Part shown: piece by piece, positions 30,953 through 40,798 of the stretch
How positions within the stretch are numbered: position 1 is the stretch's first letter
Layout: every line of letters starts with the position of its first letter
Assembly (NCBI GenBank): GCA_034506455.1
Contig: JAPDPN010000002.1
Location: forward strand, 14,011-68,963
Direction: 5' to 3'
From: Candidatus Zhuqueibacterota bacterium
Lineage (GTDB): Bacteria; Zhuqueibacterota; Zhuqueibacteria; Residuimicrobiales; Krinioviventaceae
DNA: 54,953 bases
Translations under genes and position numbers: made by a program
Notes under the pieces: generated by a model
What the model saw: the letters and a program-made list of their open reading frames with translations, nothing else
Database searches by the model: none
What the model was told of the DNA's origin: nothing

Positions 30953-31694
30953 CCAGTGCGGCGACCAGAGCGGGCCCGACGCTGCTGCCGATCCGGTCGG
31001 CGCCGGAACGCAGCATCTCCAAAGCGGCGGCGGTGTCGCGTATTCCGCCGGCCGCCTTCACGCCCATATCCCTGCCGACAATCCGGCGCATCAATGCCAC
31101 AGCCTCCGTTGTGGCGCCGCTTTTGTTAAACCCCGTGGAGGTCTTGACGAACTTGGCCCCCGCTTCTTTGGCCAGCACGCAGGCGGCAATGATTTCCTCA
31201 TCCGTCAAAAGACAAGTCTCGAGGATCACCTTGACGATACCGCGTCGACAGATATCGGCAACCTGCTGGATCTCTTCAAAAACGTATACATACTGCTTGT
31301 CTTTGAGCTTGCCGATGTTCATGACCATGTCGATCTCTTTGACCCCCATGGATACGAGCTCTTCCGCCTCGATCACCTTGTTTTCCATGGTCGACGCTCC
31401 CAGTGGGAACCCCACCACCGAACCGACGGCAACACCGGTGTTGGCCAATTGATCCAAACACACATGCGCCCAAGTTGGATTGACGCAGACCGAGGCAAAA
31501 CGGTGTTCCTTTGCCTCTTCACAAAGCTTGAGAATTTGCTCCAGGGTTGCTTCCGGCTTGAGCAGTGTGTGATCGATGAGCGCCGCCAAGCCCTCGGCAG
31601 TAAGCGATTGGACGTCGACAACCGGCTGCAACGGCGTCGTTTCGAGTCGCTCCGTTGCTTCGCGTATGATTCTTTCGAAATAGAGCTGCGACAT
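30936..31694 (-). CDS. deoC: deoxyribose-phosphate aldolase
   Basis: VCVNP, VVGFPLGAS, IDMV and the Schiff-base Lys context FVKTSTGF. 252 aa. Confidence 0.9.
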   Translation of the reverse strand: MSQLYFERIIREATERLETTPLQPVVDVQSLTAEGLAALIDHTLLKPEATLEQILKLCEEAKEHRFASVCVNPTWAHVCLDQLANTGVAVGSVVGFPLGASTMENKVIEAEELVSMGVKEIDMVMNIGKLKDKQYVYVFEEIQQVADICRRGIVKVILETCLLTDEEIIAACVLAKEAGAKFVKTSTGFNKSGATTEAVALMRRIVGRDMGVKAAGGIRDTAAALEMLRSGADRIGSSVGPALVAALATLQS

Positions 31695-31720
31695 AGACCC
31701 TCGCTTTTCAGTAACAGCGT

Positions 31721-33085
31721 TCAGTTTGTCAATTGAACGACGGCAGCTTTATAATGTTCTATCAGTTCAACCGTTTTTTCCTGCGTCGGCGCTTCGGCAA
31801 TAATGCGGATGATCGGCTCGGTGTTGGAAGCACGAATATGCACCCACGAATCTTGATAAATTACCTTGAGGCCGTCGATGGTGTTGAGATTTTCATTCGC
31901 CAGTTGCTCCTTCAGCCGTTCGACGACCGCCTTGGCATCGACGCCGAATCCCAGCTCGATTTTGTCCTTGATCATGACATACTGCGGCGCTTCGGCCTTT
32001 AGCTCAGACAACCGCTTGCCGCTTTCGGCTAAATACTGCAGAATCAGGGCGATGCCCATAGGGGCGTCTCGGCCGATGTGCAACTCGGGGTACATCACCC
32101 CGCCGTTGCCTTCGCCGGCCATCACGGCGCCGATTTGCTGCGCCTTGACGGCAACATGAATTTCGCCGACCGGCGTGCGATGGACGCGGCCGTAGGGAGC
32201 CGCGACGTCGTCTATGGCGCGCGTCGTGGAGGCGTTGACCACCACATCGCCGGGCGTTTTGCTCAGCACAAAGCGCACAGCCAACACCAGAGTGTATTCC
32301 TCACCCAATGGGATACCTTTTTCATCGACCAAAGCGAGACGATCGACGTCAGGATCCACAGCCAGGCCGAAATCAGCGCGCGACCGCCGAACCGCCTCCG
32401 ACAGCTCGGTCAGATTTTCCGGTACCGGCTCCGGGTTGCGCGGAAACAGGCCGTTGGCTTCGCGATTCAACCAAGTCACGCTGCACCCGAACGCCTCAAA
32501 CAGCTTGGGCAGCACGGCTTCGCCGGCGCCGTTGCAGCAATCGACAACCACTTTGAACTTGCGGTTTCGGATGCGCTCCGCATCGATAATCGGCAGCTCA
32601 AGAATCCGAGAGACATGCTCGCCGGCCGCATCGCCGTAAGTGTAGTACCGTCCGATTCGATTCCACGGAACGAAATTAAAATCGCCCTTATAGACGCGGT
32701 CGATGACCTTTTGTCCCTGATCCGGTCGAAGAAACAGGCCGTCAGGCGCCAACAGCTTGAGTGCATTCCACTCTTTGGGGTTATGGCTGGCGGTAATGAT
32801 GATGCCCCCGGCATGCTCGGGTCGTTCGGTGATCAATTCGGCGGTAGGTGTAGCGGCCAGATCGAGATCGACGACATCGCAGCCGACGGCCATCAATCCG
32901 GCGATGACGGCATGTTTGAGCATCGGCCCGGTAACCCGCGAATCGCGCGCCAACACGATCTTTCCCGGCCCGAATTCGCTTCCATAAGCCTGCGCAAGCT
33001 GCAGTGCAGCCTCGGGCGTTAGGCCGTCACCGACAATGCCGCGAATCCCGGAAACTGAAACCATCAAATTCTTTAGTTGCGTCAT
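31721..33085 (-). CDS. glmM: phosphohexomutase, most likely FCB/archaeal-type phosphoglucosamine mutase
   Basis: Active-site TASHNPKEWNALK, metal loop DPDVDR and sugar loop GEGNGG. 454 aa. I cannot resolve GlmM versus PMM/PGM by eye. Confidence 0.7.
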   Translation of the reverse strand: MTQLKNLMVSVSGIRGIVGDGLTPEAALQLAQAYGSEFGPGKIVLARDSRVTGPMLKHAVIAGLMAVGCDVVDLDLAATPTAELITERPEHAGGIIITASHNPKEWNALKLLAPDGLFLRPDQGQKVIDRVYKGDFNFVPWNRIGRYYTYGDAAGEHVSRILELPIIDAERIRNRKFKVVVDCCNGAGEAVLPKLFEAFGCSVTWLNREANGLFPRNPEPVPENLTELSEAVRRSRADFGLAVDPDVDRLALVDEKGIPLGEEYTLVLAVRFVLSKTPGDVVVNASTTRAIDDVAAPYGRVHRTPVGEIHVAVKAQQIGAVMAGEGNGGVMYPELHIGRDAPMGIALILQYLAESGKRLSELKAEAPQYVMIKDKIELGFGVDAKAVVERLKEQLANENLNTIDGLKVIYQDSWVHIRASNTEPIIRIIAEAPTQEKTVELIEHYKAAVVQLTN

Positions 33086-33247
33086 TCTATCCCCGATACG
33101 GTCCCAAATTTTAGTAAAACAAAATATTGAATTGCACCGATAAACTCAAGAATAAAGATCAAGTCATTTCCCAAAAATTTTTTCTTTTGTATTTGAAAAA
33201 TGCAATGATTTACTTACGTTAAAAAGGTGGAACCAACTCCTCCGGTT

Positions 33248-34480
33248 ATGAAAAATCAGCTGCAAAAATTTCTTTTCCTTACCATAGCCTCGACAACCCT
33301 GTTTTGCGTATGCGAAGCTCCGCACCGCAATCCGTTTGATCCGTTGAATCCCCGTTTTAATTGGGCTTCGCTCAGCGGCCGAATTCGATCCGCCGCCGAT
33401 CCCATGCAGGCAATCCGCGGGGCAAAAATTTTTCTGCCGGCGCAAAACCGTATGACCGTCAGCGATTCATCCGGCCAATTTAGTTTTGCGCACCTGCTGC
33501 CGCAGAACGGCATGTTATTCATTTCCAAAGAAAACTTTTGCGAAGATTCGGTTTCCCTCGATTGGAGCAAAGGACTTGCGCAGGAAATTGACATTTTTTT
33601 GCAGCCGCTGCCCACGATCAGCGGCAAAGTGTTGACGCTCAAGTCGCCGCCGCGCCCGATTTCAGGCGTCAAGGTCACTTGGCAACCGGCAAACATCTAT
33701 ACCTTTACCGATGACGTCGGCCGCTACCGCTTTAATAGGTCGACAGCCGGAGTCGGCGATCTGATTTTTGAAAAAAAAGGCTATAAAACGGTATACCAGA
33801 AAATCGACTTTAACGGCCGAGAATCCATCACTCAGGATGTTTTTTTGAATGCCTTGCCGATTCTATACGGTTTCAAGATTTACAGTGTGGTCGAAAATTA
33901 TTACGGTTCCCGCCGTCTTTTTCACCTTGAAGTGGAGGCGAAAGTCATTGATGCAGAAAACGACATTGATTCTGTGTACATTGCCTCGTCTTTCAATTCC
34001 TTGCGAGCCGCACTTCCTTATGATTTTTCTGCAAAAATTTTTCGCAAAAGTTTTTCTTTGAGCGAGCTCGGTTTGAATTCGCTGGCGCAGTGCGTGGGAC
34101 ACGATTTTCAGCTTTACGTCGTCGATCACGAGGGAGATAATCATCTGTTGGGCGTCGAACGTCTGGAACGCGTCATTCTCGACGAAATAGAGCTTTCATC
34201 TCCCATTAACGGCGAGATAGTGCATCCGCCGTTCCCTTTGCGGTGGATGCCCTTTGCACCCGGATTTTCCTTTTCCTTTTCCGTAGAGATTTACACCAAT
34301 AACGACTTTATTCCTCAGCTGAAATACAGCAGAAAAGGCATCTCTTCCGATTCGCTGGCGCATAGCGTCAGCGCCGCCTTACCGCCGGGAGAGTATGTAT
34401 GGATGGTTTGGTGCATCGATGAATTCGGCAACAGCGCCCGCTCCAAACCCGGATCTTTTAGTATAGCAGAAATGCCATGA
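33248..34480 (+). CDS. hypothetical secreted protein with carboxypeptidase-regulatory-like beta-sandwich repeats
   Basis: Signal MKNQLQKFLFLTIASTTLFCVC. Repeats of the type SGRI...V.DSSGQFSF and SGKV...TDDVGRYRF are typical of CarboxypepD_reg domains. The start could instead be the GTG at 33227. Confidence 0.55.
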   Translation: MKNQLQKFLFLTIASTTLFCVCEAPHRNPFDPLNPRFNWASLSGRIRSAADPMQAIRGAKIFLPAQNRMTVSDSSGQFSFAHLLPQNGMLFISKENFCEDSVSLDWSKGLAQEIDIFLQPLPTISGKVLTLKSPPRPISGVKVTWQPANIYTFTDDVGRYRFNRSTAGVGDLIFEKKGYKTVYQKIDFNGRESITQDVFLNALPILYGFKIYSVVENYYGSRRLFHLEVEAKVIDAENDIDSVYIASSFNSLRAALPYDFSAKIFRKSFSLSELGLNSLAQCVGHDFQLYVVDHEGDNHLLGVERLERVILDEIELSSPINGEIVHPPFPLRWMPFAPGFSFSFSVEIYTNNDFIPQLKYSRKGISSDSLAHSVSAALPPGEYVWMVWCIDEFGNSARSKPGSFSIAEMP

Positions 34481-35964
34481 AACAATACGATTTTCAAACA
34501 CTAGATCTGCGCCAGGATCAACTCGAAACGCTCTTGCGCATCAGCCGTTTGTTTCACGGCGTCGAACTTCAAGAGCATCTGATTGCCCAGGCGCTGGATT
34601 GGGTCATCGAAGTTTTGGGCGCCGAACGCGGCTTGTTCGCCCGCTGTGTCGATGACGACTTTACGATCGTCACCGCCCGCAATATGGACAAAGAAAGCAT
34701 CGATGATCTCTCCCAGTTTTCGCTTGGAATTCTACGGCAGGTGGCCTCCGGCGGAAAGCCGAAGCTGTATCATGACGTTCAGGCTGATGCGACGGTTTCC
34801 CAATTTCAAAGTATTCAAATTCACAGAATTCAATCCATAGTCGGCGTGCCGCTCTTTCATCATGGCAAAGTCTGGGGGGTCATTCTTGCCGACAGCCGCA
34901 GCAATCGAACCCGCTTTACCGAGGAAAACCTCAAGTTCCTGGAGCTTTTTTCGCATCTGATTTCGCCGCACCTGGACCGCATCATCGAGCTGGAGGCTCT
35001 GCGCGATGAGAACAGGCTGCTGCGGCAACGCATCGAAGCGCAGGAGGAGTTGCCGGAAATGATCGGCGAAAGCCCCGCGATGCGGCGCATTGCCGAGCTC
35101 ATCCGTCGAGTAGCCAAAACGGATGCGACGGTACTCCTTCTCGGCGAGAGCGGCACCGGCAAAGAGCTGGCCGCTCGGGCTATACATCAACTCAGCAACC
35201 GCTTCAATGGGACGTTCATCGCTCAATTTTGCGGATCAATCCCGGAAGCCCTTTTGGAAGGCGAATTGTTCGGCTTTAAAAAGGGCGCTTTTACCGGCGC
35301 CGTGAGCGACAAAAAAGGACTTTTCGAGGTCGCTTCCGGCGGCACCTTTTTCCTGGACGAAATCGGCGACCTGCCCTTGAGCACTCAGACCAAGCTCCTG
35401 CGCGTGCTGGAAAATCAGGAGATCATTCGTCTCGGCGAAACGCAGGTGCGCAAAATAGACGTGCGCATCATCGCCGCCACCAATCGCGACCTCAAAGAGC
35501 TCGTCAAAAACGGCCGCTTTCGCGAAGACCTCTACTATCGGCTGAACGTATTTCCCATCGTTCTGCCGCCGTTGCGCGAACGACGCGAAGACATCCCCTT
35601 GCTGGTTCACCGCCATTTAAATAAACTCGGCTGCACGGCAACCCCAACCCCCGAAAGCATGCGGAAATTAATGAACTATTCCTGGCCCGGCAACATTCGT
35701 CAGCTTGTTAATGTGCTGCATCGCGCCGTCATTCTCTGCGACGGCGAAAAAATAGGCCCCGAGCATATTCTTCTCGATGAAGCCTCCGAAGACGTCACAT
35801 TAACGGGAACGCTTAAAGAAATCGAAACTAAACTACTATTGCAGCGCCTAAAAGCCTGCAACAACAATCGCACACAGGCCGCAAAAAGCCTGGGAGTTTC
35901 CGTGCGTTGGATTCAACTTAAACTGAAAGAGCTGGAACAAGCCGAACAGGCTCATGATGAGTGA
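34477..35964 (+). CDS. sigma-54-dependent transcriptional activator with N-terminal GAF domain (no receiver domain)
   Basis: AAA+ core GESGTGKELAARAIH, sigma-54 contact loop GAFTGA and C-terminal HTH (NRTQAAKSLGVSVRWIQLKLKE). The N-terminal 170 aa are GAF-like. The ATGA junction overlaps the upstream stop. Confidence 0.88.
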   Translation: MKQYDFQTLDLRQDQLETLLRISRLFHGVELQEHLIAQALDWVIEVLGAERGLFARCVDDDFTIVTARNMDKESIDDLSQFSLGILRQVASGGKPKLYHDVQADATVSQFQSIQIHRIQSIVGVPLFHHGKVWGVILADSRSNRTRFTEENLKFLELFSHLISPHLDRIIELEALRDENRLLRQRIEAQEELPEMIGESPAMRRIAELIRRVAKTDATVLLLGESGTGKELAARAIHQLSNRFNGTFIAQFCGSIPEALLEGELFGFKKGAFTGAVSDKKGLFEVASGGTFFLDEIGDLPLSTQTKLLRVLENQEIIRLGETQVRKIDVRIIAATNRDLKELVKNGRFREDLYYRLNVFPIVLPPLRERREDIPLLVHRHLNKLGCTATPTPESMRKLMNYSWPGNIRQLVNVLHRAVILCDGEKIGPEHILLDEASEDVTLTGTLKEIETKLLLQRLKACNNNRTQAAKSLGVSVRWIQLKLKELEQAEQAHDE

Positions 35965-37426
35965 GGTATTGTTCGAAAAATTCGAACTCCTCGAGTGCCT
36001 GAAAAAAGACCAGGCGATGGGCGTTTATGCTGCGCATCACCGCTATTTGGGCAAGCGCATTTTACTGAAAACCCTCGACCGCCGCCATGCCGATGCGGCC
36101 GCCTTGGAACGGTTTCAGCGCGAAGCACGATCTCTCGCCAAGCTCGAACACCCGAATGTAATTCGGGTTCTCGATTTCGGAAGCCAGGGAGATCAGTTTT
36201 ATATCTCGTTCGAATATTTCGAAAGCTGCAACCTGCGTCAGTTGATGAGCGGGCGGCCGCTTACCTCTGGAGAAAAACTGCATATCCTGAAACAGCTGGC
36301 AGCCGGATTGGCCGCCGCGCATCGCTTCGGCATCATCCACCGCGACCTCAAGCCGGAAAACATTCTCGTCAATGACAATCTGCAAGTCAAAATCGCCGAT
36401 TTCGGCCTTGCGGTCATCTCAGGCGAACCTACTCTTACCCATCCCTCATCGATCGTAGGCACGCCGGGATACATGTCGCCCGAACAAATTCTCGGCCGAC
36501 CGCTTACACCGCAAAGCGATCTGTTTTCTCTCGGCATTATCGTCTGCGAGCTGTTTATCGGCGTCAATCCGTTTCTCGGGGAGGACATCGGCACAACGCT
36601 CAACCGCATTCTTTCCCTCTCTGTCGATTGCTCACAGGCTCCGCCGGAAATATCGTCGATCCTTTCCAAACTCTTGGCAAAAAACCCGTCCGAACGGCTC
36701 GATTCTGCCGAAACGCTTTTGCGGCTTCTCGGCGGCACCGTGGAAGCGCCGAAAAAGCGTCGCCGATTCCCAATCCTGATCCCGATAATCGCTGCCGCGG
36801 CGGCCGGGATCGCCGTTCTGCTCTTCAGTTCCCGATCGCCCTCACTGAACGAATCAAAGCCGTTGCCTGCTGCGGCCTTGGATTCGATTCAAGTCGAATC
36901 GCTTCAGCCGCCGCAAATTCGACCAGTCGAAGAAGCCGAACCAGAGCGACAAAAATTACAGGAACAAAAGACGGCAGAAAGCGCTCCCGGCAGCCTGATG
37001 ATTCGCTGCTTACCGTGGGCGGAAGTATGGCTGGACGGCCGTTTGATCGACACCACGCCGTTATCGCAAGCTTTGGTGCTTCCTGCCGGCGAGCATTTGC
37101 TCGAATTAAAACACCCGAATTATCCGACTTTAACGCAAACTGTTCGCATCTCCCCGCGAAAAATGCACACCGTTGCCGTAAATCTGGATACGCTTGTCGC
37201 CCGACTGCAATGTCAGGTCTATCCATGGGGAGAAGTCTATCTCAATAACCAATTTATCGGCGTCACCCCTTTTAAAGACCTGATCGTCATCCCGGCTGGG
37301 GAGCATTGGTTACGTATTGAAAATCCGCAACTTGGGCGCCATGAAGAGCGGCTCGTTGCAGCCCGCGGCGAGACCTTGTACGTCCATTTTGCATTCGATG
37401 AGCAAAACCGCAAAAGCGCCCCTTAA
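35954..37426 (+). CDS. Hanks-type Ser/Thr protein kinase with TM segment and two C-terminal PEGA-like domains
   Basis: ILLKTL (catalytic Lys), HRDLKPENILV, DFG and GTPGYMSPE. TM segment FPILIPIIAAAAAGIAVLLF. Two repeats resemble PEGA domains (PWAEVWLDGRLIDTTP...; PWGEVYLNNQFIGVTP...). Overlaps the activator gene by 11 nt. Confidence 0.88.
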   Translation: MMSEVLFEKFELLECLKKDQAMGVYAAHHRYLGKRILLKTLDRRHADAAALERFQREARSLAKLEHPNVIRVLDFGSQGDQFYISFEYFESCNLRQLMSGRPLTSGEKLHILKQLAAGLAAAHRFGIIHRDLKPENILVNDNLQVKIADFGLAVISGEPTLTHPSSIVGTPGYMSPEQILGRPLTPQSDLFSLGIIVCELFIGVNPFLGEDIGTTLNRILSLSVDCSQAPPEISSILSKLLAKNPSERLDSAETLLRLLGGTVEAPKKRRRFPILIPIIAAAAAGIAVLLFSSRSPSLNESKPLPAAALDSIQVESLQPPQIRPVEEAEPERQKLQEQKTAESAPGSLMIRCLPWAEVWLDGRLIDTTPLSQALVLPAGEHLLELKHPNYPTLTQTVRISPRKMHTVAVNLDTLVARLQCQVYPWGEVYLNNQFIGVTPFKDLIVIPAGEHWLRIENPQLGRHEERLVAARGETLYVHFAFDEQNRKSAP

Positions 37427-37461
37427 CCCTAAAAGGTACGCTTGTTGCAAATGAAAAAGCG

Positions 37462-38742
37462 ATGAAAAAGTTCAAAGTGATGTCCAAAGTTCGAATATTG
37501 TTGTTTTGCTTTCTGCCCGCGGCAGCCGTGTGGCCGCAAAGCCAATGGACCGTTTTACCGGACAATATGCCCGTGCCGGTGGTCGGCGCCGAGGCAGTAA
37601 GCTATGAGAACAAAATTTACCTTTTCGGCGGTTTTTCCGATTCGTTGCGGGCACCGACCGATTTGGTGCAATGTTTCGATCCGAAGGCGCCTGCGGGTCA
37701 ACGGTGGTCGATTTTCGGCCGCATGCTGGAGGCACGCGGCCAATTTGTTGCCCAACTGTGGAAGGATCATGTACTTCTTGTCGGCGGGCGAAGCGATAAA
37801 ATCGGCCAGGAAAAGATAGCCGGCGTGGAGCTGTTTTCATTAAAAGACGGCAAATCCAAATTCCTGCAGGCTCCCGAGCAGCTGCTGCGTATCGGCGCTG
37901 CCGGCGTGCTTTATAATGACTTGCTGCTGATTCTCGGCGGCTATTACTCGCCGACTGGCCCGGTTGCGCCCCCTTACCTGATGGTCTTTGATTTGAAGGA
38001 AAACCGCATCGTACGCATTTTAGACGATTTTCCGGGACAACTGCAGTATGACCAGCGTGCAGTTTTGATGAACGGAAAAGTGGTTTTATTCGGCGGCATC
38101 CGATTGGGCGTTTCAAGCCGCATATACGAGCTCGACTTGGCCACTTGGCGCTTTGAGCGTATTCATCCTGATCTGATTCGACCGCTCGCCGGTTTTGCCT
38201 CCGTTAAAACACCGAGCGATACCGTCTATCTGATCGGCGGCTATAACGAAAAACTACGGGCATCTCGTTCCGTGCTTGTATTTCATCGAACTCCGAATCG
38301 CATTTCTATGTCCGAAGCACAAGCGGAAATAAACATACCGCGCCGCGAAGCGGCTGCCGCCTATCTTGACGGATCTATTTATTTATTCGGAGGCAACAAT
38401 GGATTCCAAGTAGTTCAGGAGGTGGAGCAGCTCGCTCTTACATCGAGCTCCTCAGTAAAGGAAAGAGTCGAATTCGCCGATCGCTGGACCCTGCTGCACA
38501 TTTATCCTAATCCGTTCAACAATCGGACGACCATTGTTTTCGAAATAGACAGATCGGCGGAGGTCCGGCTCGACGTTTTTGCTTCAGACGGAAGCCGTAT
38601 CGATCAGCTTCTCAATAAATTCTTACCCAACGGCAGGCATGAAATCGTTTGGAACGCTGAAAACGTGCCAAGCGGCATTTATTTTGTCCGGCTGACGGCG
38701 GACGAGCAAATTTTGACGCGAAAAATCATATGTGTCAAATGA
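37462..38742 (+). CDS. Kelch-repeat beta-propeller protein with T9SS-type C-terminal sorting domain
   Basis: Signal peptide, then six Kelch-like blades (IYLFGGF, VLLVGGR, LLILGGYY, VVLFGGI, VYLIGGY, IYLFGGN). The C-terminus is YPNPFNNRTTIVFEI...LDVF...G..V...L..G.H...W......PSGIYFVRL, typical of the Por secretion tail. Confidence 0.8.
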   Translation: MKKFKVMSKVRILLFCFLPAAAVWPQSQWTVLPDNMPVPVVGAEAVSYENKIYLFGGFSDSLRAPTDLVQCFDPKAPAGQRWSIFGRMLEARGQFVAQLWKDHVLLVGGRSDKIGQEKIAGVELFSLKDGKSKFLQAPEQLLRIGAAGVLYNDLLLILGGYYSPTGPVAPPYLMVFDLKENRIVRILDDFPGQLQYDQRAVLMNGKVVLFGGIRLGVSSRIYELDLATWRFERIHPDLIRPLAGFASVKTPSDTVYLIGGYNEKLRASRSVLVFHRTPNRISMSEAQAEINIPRREAAAAYLDGSIYLFGGNNGFQVVQEVEQLALTSSSSVKERVEFADRWTLLHIYPNPFNNRTTIVFEIDRSAEVRLDVFASDGSRIDQLLNKFLPNGRHEIVWNAENVPSGIYFVRLTADEQILTRKIICVK

Positions 38743-39539
38743 GCGGCGGACGACTGATTCTTTTGCTGTTTCTGACGGCCGTACTGGCGGCGAAGCAGAT
38801 TTCTCTCGAAGAACTCGAAAAGAATTATCGCGATTTTAATTATAATCGCGTCATCGAATTGGCCGATTCGCTGCTTTCCTCATCAGCGCCGATCGATGCC
38901 TTTCAGCGGGTGAAAATCTATGAACTTAAAGCGGCGTCGCATTATTCACTCAATCAGCCGCAGGAAGCGTTTGCCGCTTATGCGGCTATTCTCAAAATCG
39001 ATATCGACCATCAGCTCGATCCCACTTTTACCTCACCCAAGCTTGTCCGCTTTTTTGAAGAGGTCAAACAGGCTTTTACAGATGCGGTACGACCGGAGAC
39101 TGCGCAGCACGTCGTCGTTCGCACCGACACAGTTCGACTGATCGAATCGAGCCGCGACTTTTATCGCCGCGTACTGCCTTCGTCTATGGTCTTACCAGGA
39201 TTGGGACATCTCTTGGCCGGAAGCCGGAAAAGCGGCGTCGCTTTTATGCTTCTGGGCTCTTTCTTACTGGCTGGTGCTGTGGATGCAACCATCGAGTGTC
39301 GAGAAAAAGAGGCCCTTTATCTCAACGCCGTCGACCTCGAGCAAATCCGTCATACCTATTCTGTTTACAACTCTGCCTACAAAACCCGTAACGCGTTGTG
39401 GCTCGGCTATGCAGCAGTGTGGAGTGCCGCTCAGACTGATCTCCTGTTTCGCGTAAAACCCCACACCACCCTGCGGCTGGCCGTACTACCCTCTTTTGAA
39501 TTTTTCTCTCCCTTACTCTGCTGCCGCATAACTTTTTAG
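38739..39539 (+). CDS. hypothetical protein with signal peptide, TPR-like helical region and C-terminal TM segments
   Basis: The ATGA junction overlaps the Kelch gene stop (38739-38742). Sequence elements: LILLLFLTAVLAA, a helical repeat region, then LPGLGHLLAGSRKSGVAFMLLGSFLLAG. Confidence 0.5.
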   Translation: MSGGRLILLLFLTAVLAAKQISLEELEKNYRDFNYNRVIELADSLLSSSAPIDAFQRVKIYELKAASHYSLNQPQEAFAAYAAILKIDIDHQLDPTFTSPKLVRFFEEVKQAFTDAVRPETAQHVVVRTDTVRLIESSRDFYRRVLPSSMVLPGLGHLLAGSRKSGVAFMLLGSFLLAGAVDATIECREKEALYLNAVDLEQIRHTYSVYNSAYKTRNALWLGYAAVWSAAQTDLLFRVKPHTTLRLAVLPSFEFFSPLLCCRITF

Positions 39540-39651
39540 TGAGACACAGGGGGTTAACGAGTCGAATGCTTTTGATAGGAAATCCGTTTGAGCGGGGAAA
39601 AATTCAATCCTTTGCAATTTATAGAGCAGATGGCGAGCGGTGAAAAATGTA

Positions 39652-40314
39652 CTAATGAAGCTTAAAGCCGATCAATTCTCCGCTTGAAGAGGGTAATTCG
39701 TATTTGACCGGCCCAACGGACTTGGCAAACCACCAGATATGCCGGCCGACGAACAGCGGATAATCATCGGCAGATGGGTATTGAAACTCTGAGGTCACTT
39801 TGATGCAGTTCTCAAAGGATCCGACTGGAGTTTCGACGTTCTCGACCGCGTCGATGCGATACTCGACGGTGATGGGTACGCGCTTTGTTGCGCCGGTCGA
39901 ATCGATTCGGACTTCAACGCCGTTTATTTTTCGTACATCGCCGACGATGGCGGAAAACGGCGCCGCAGAGAGCGGGGGTTCAAAGGTAACCTTGGGCAAC
40001 AGTTGCGTTGCCGGTTCGAAATCAGTCCATTGCAGCTGCCCGTTTTCCAGGCGATAGGTCTCGCGCCATAGGGGCGTCAAAAGAGTATCGGAAAAAACTG
40101 CCGTCGCCTGCAATGATTTCCCCATATGCTTGATCTCTTTGATCGTCAAAACCTGCAGATCACCGCTAAAGAGCCACTGATTGCCTTCTGCGAGGGGAAA
40201 ATAGTCGAGCGGATCGAACGCTTGCGGCTTATGAGAGCAGAGGGCCGTTAACAAAAACAGCACGATCAGCCCTGGAAATAAAAGAGTTTTGAGAATCGCA
40301 TTGCTGTTTTTCAT
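39652..40314 (-). CDS. hypothetical secreted protein
   Basis: I prefer the Met at 40314 (MKNSNAILKTLLFPGLIVLFLLTALC) over 40401, which would overlap sufU by 47 nt. No recognisable domain. Confidence 0.5.
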   Translation of the reverse strand: MKNSNAILKTLLFPGLIVLFLLTALCSHKPQAFDPLDYFPLAEGNQWLFSGDLQVLTIKEIKHMGKSLQATAVFSDTLLTPLWRETYRLENGQLQWTDFEPATQLLPKVTFEPPLSAAPFSAIVGDVRKINGVEVRIDSTGATKRVPITVEYRIDAVENVETPVGSFENCIKVTSEFQYPSADDYPLFVGRHIWWFAKSVGPVKYELPSSSGELIGFKLH

Positions 40315-40354
40315 GGACGGCATCCTTTGCAGCCAGGCAGGCATGGTTTGCAGG

Positions 40355-40798
40355 TCACTTTTTTTCCTTAATCTCTCGTTCGATGCCTTCTTTAAGGGCA
40401 TTCCACGCTAAAAGAGCGCACTTGACGCGCGTAGGATATGCGGAAACCCCTTTAAAAGCGCTCAACTCGTCGGTTTCCGGAATATGAGGATGAAGCGGGT
40501 CTTCTCCCTTGACCATGCCGGAAAATTCGCGAAAAAGTTTTTGCACCTCTTCCACCGTTTTGCCTTTAATATGCTCCGTCATGACCGATGCCGACGCCTG
40601 GCTGATGGCGCAGCCGCTGCCGGTGAATTTGACGTCCTCGACAACGCCGTTGCGCATGCGCATCGTCAGCTTGATTTGATCGCCGCAAAACGGATTGCGT
40701 CCCTCTATCACCACGTCGGGTTCCGGGAGTTCGCCTTGATTTTTCGGCTGTTTGTAGTGTTCGAGGATGATTTCCTGATAAAGTTCGTCTAAATCCAT
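40355..40798 (-). CDS. sufU: SUF-type Fe-S cluster scaffold/sulfur acceptor SufU (IscU/NifU-like)
   Basis: YQEIILEHYKQPKN, NPFCGD and GSGCAISQASAS. 147 aa. Confidence 0.88.
   Translation of the reverse strand: MDLDELYQEIILEHYKQPKNQGELPEPDVVIEGRNPFCGDQIKLTMRMRNGVVEDVKFTGSGCAISQASASVMTEHIKGKTVEEVQKLFREFSGMVKGEDPLHPHIPETDELSAFKGVSAYPTRVKCALLAWNALKEGIEREIKEKK

Noticed and set aside
33086-33247. A sigma-54 (-24 TGGCAC / -12 TTGC) promoter near the activator operon. TTGCAC at about 33130 looked similar.
   Set aside because: It lacks the essential GG dinucleotide at -24, and no properly spaced GC element follows. No intergenic TGGCAC occurs anywhere in the window.
39550-39562. The near-identical 13/14-mer GGGGTT(T)AACGAGT in two intergenic regions (39550-39562 and 42381-42394), a possible repeat element or shared operator.
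   Set aside because: There are only two copies. They differ by an indel, have different contexts and orientations relative to flanking genes, and share no extended flanking similarity. This is compatible with chance.
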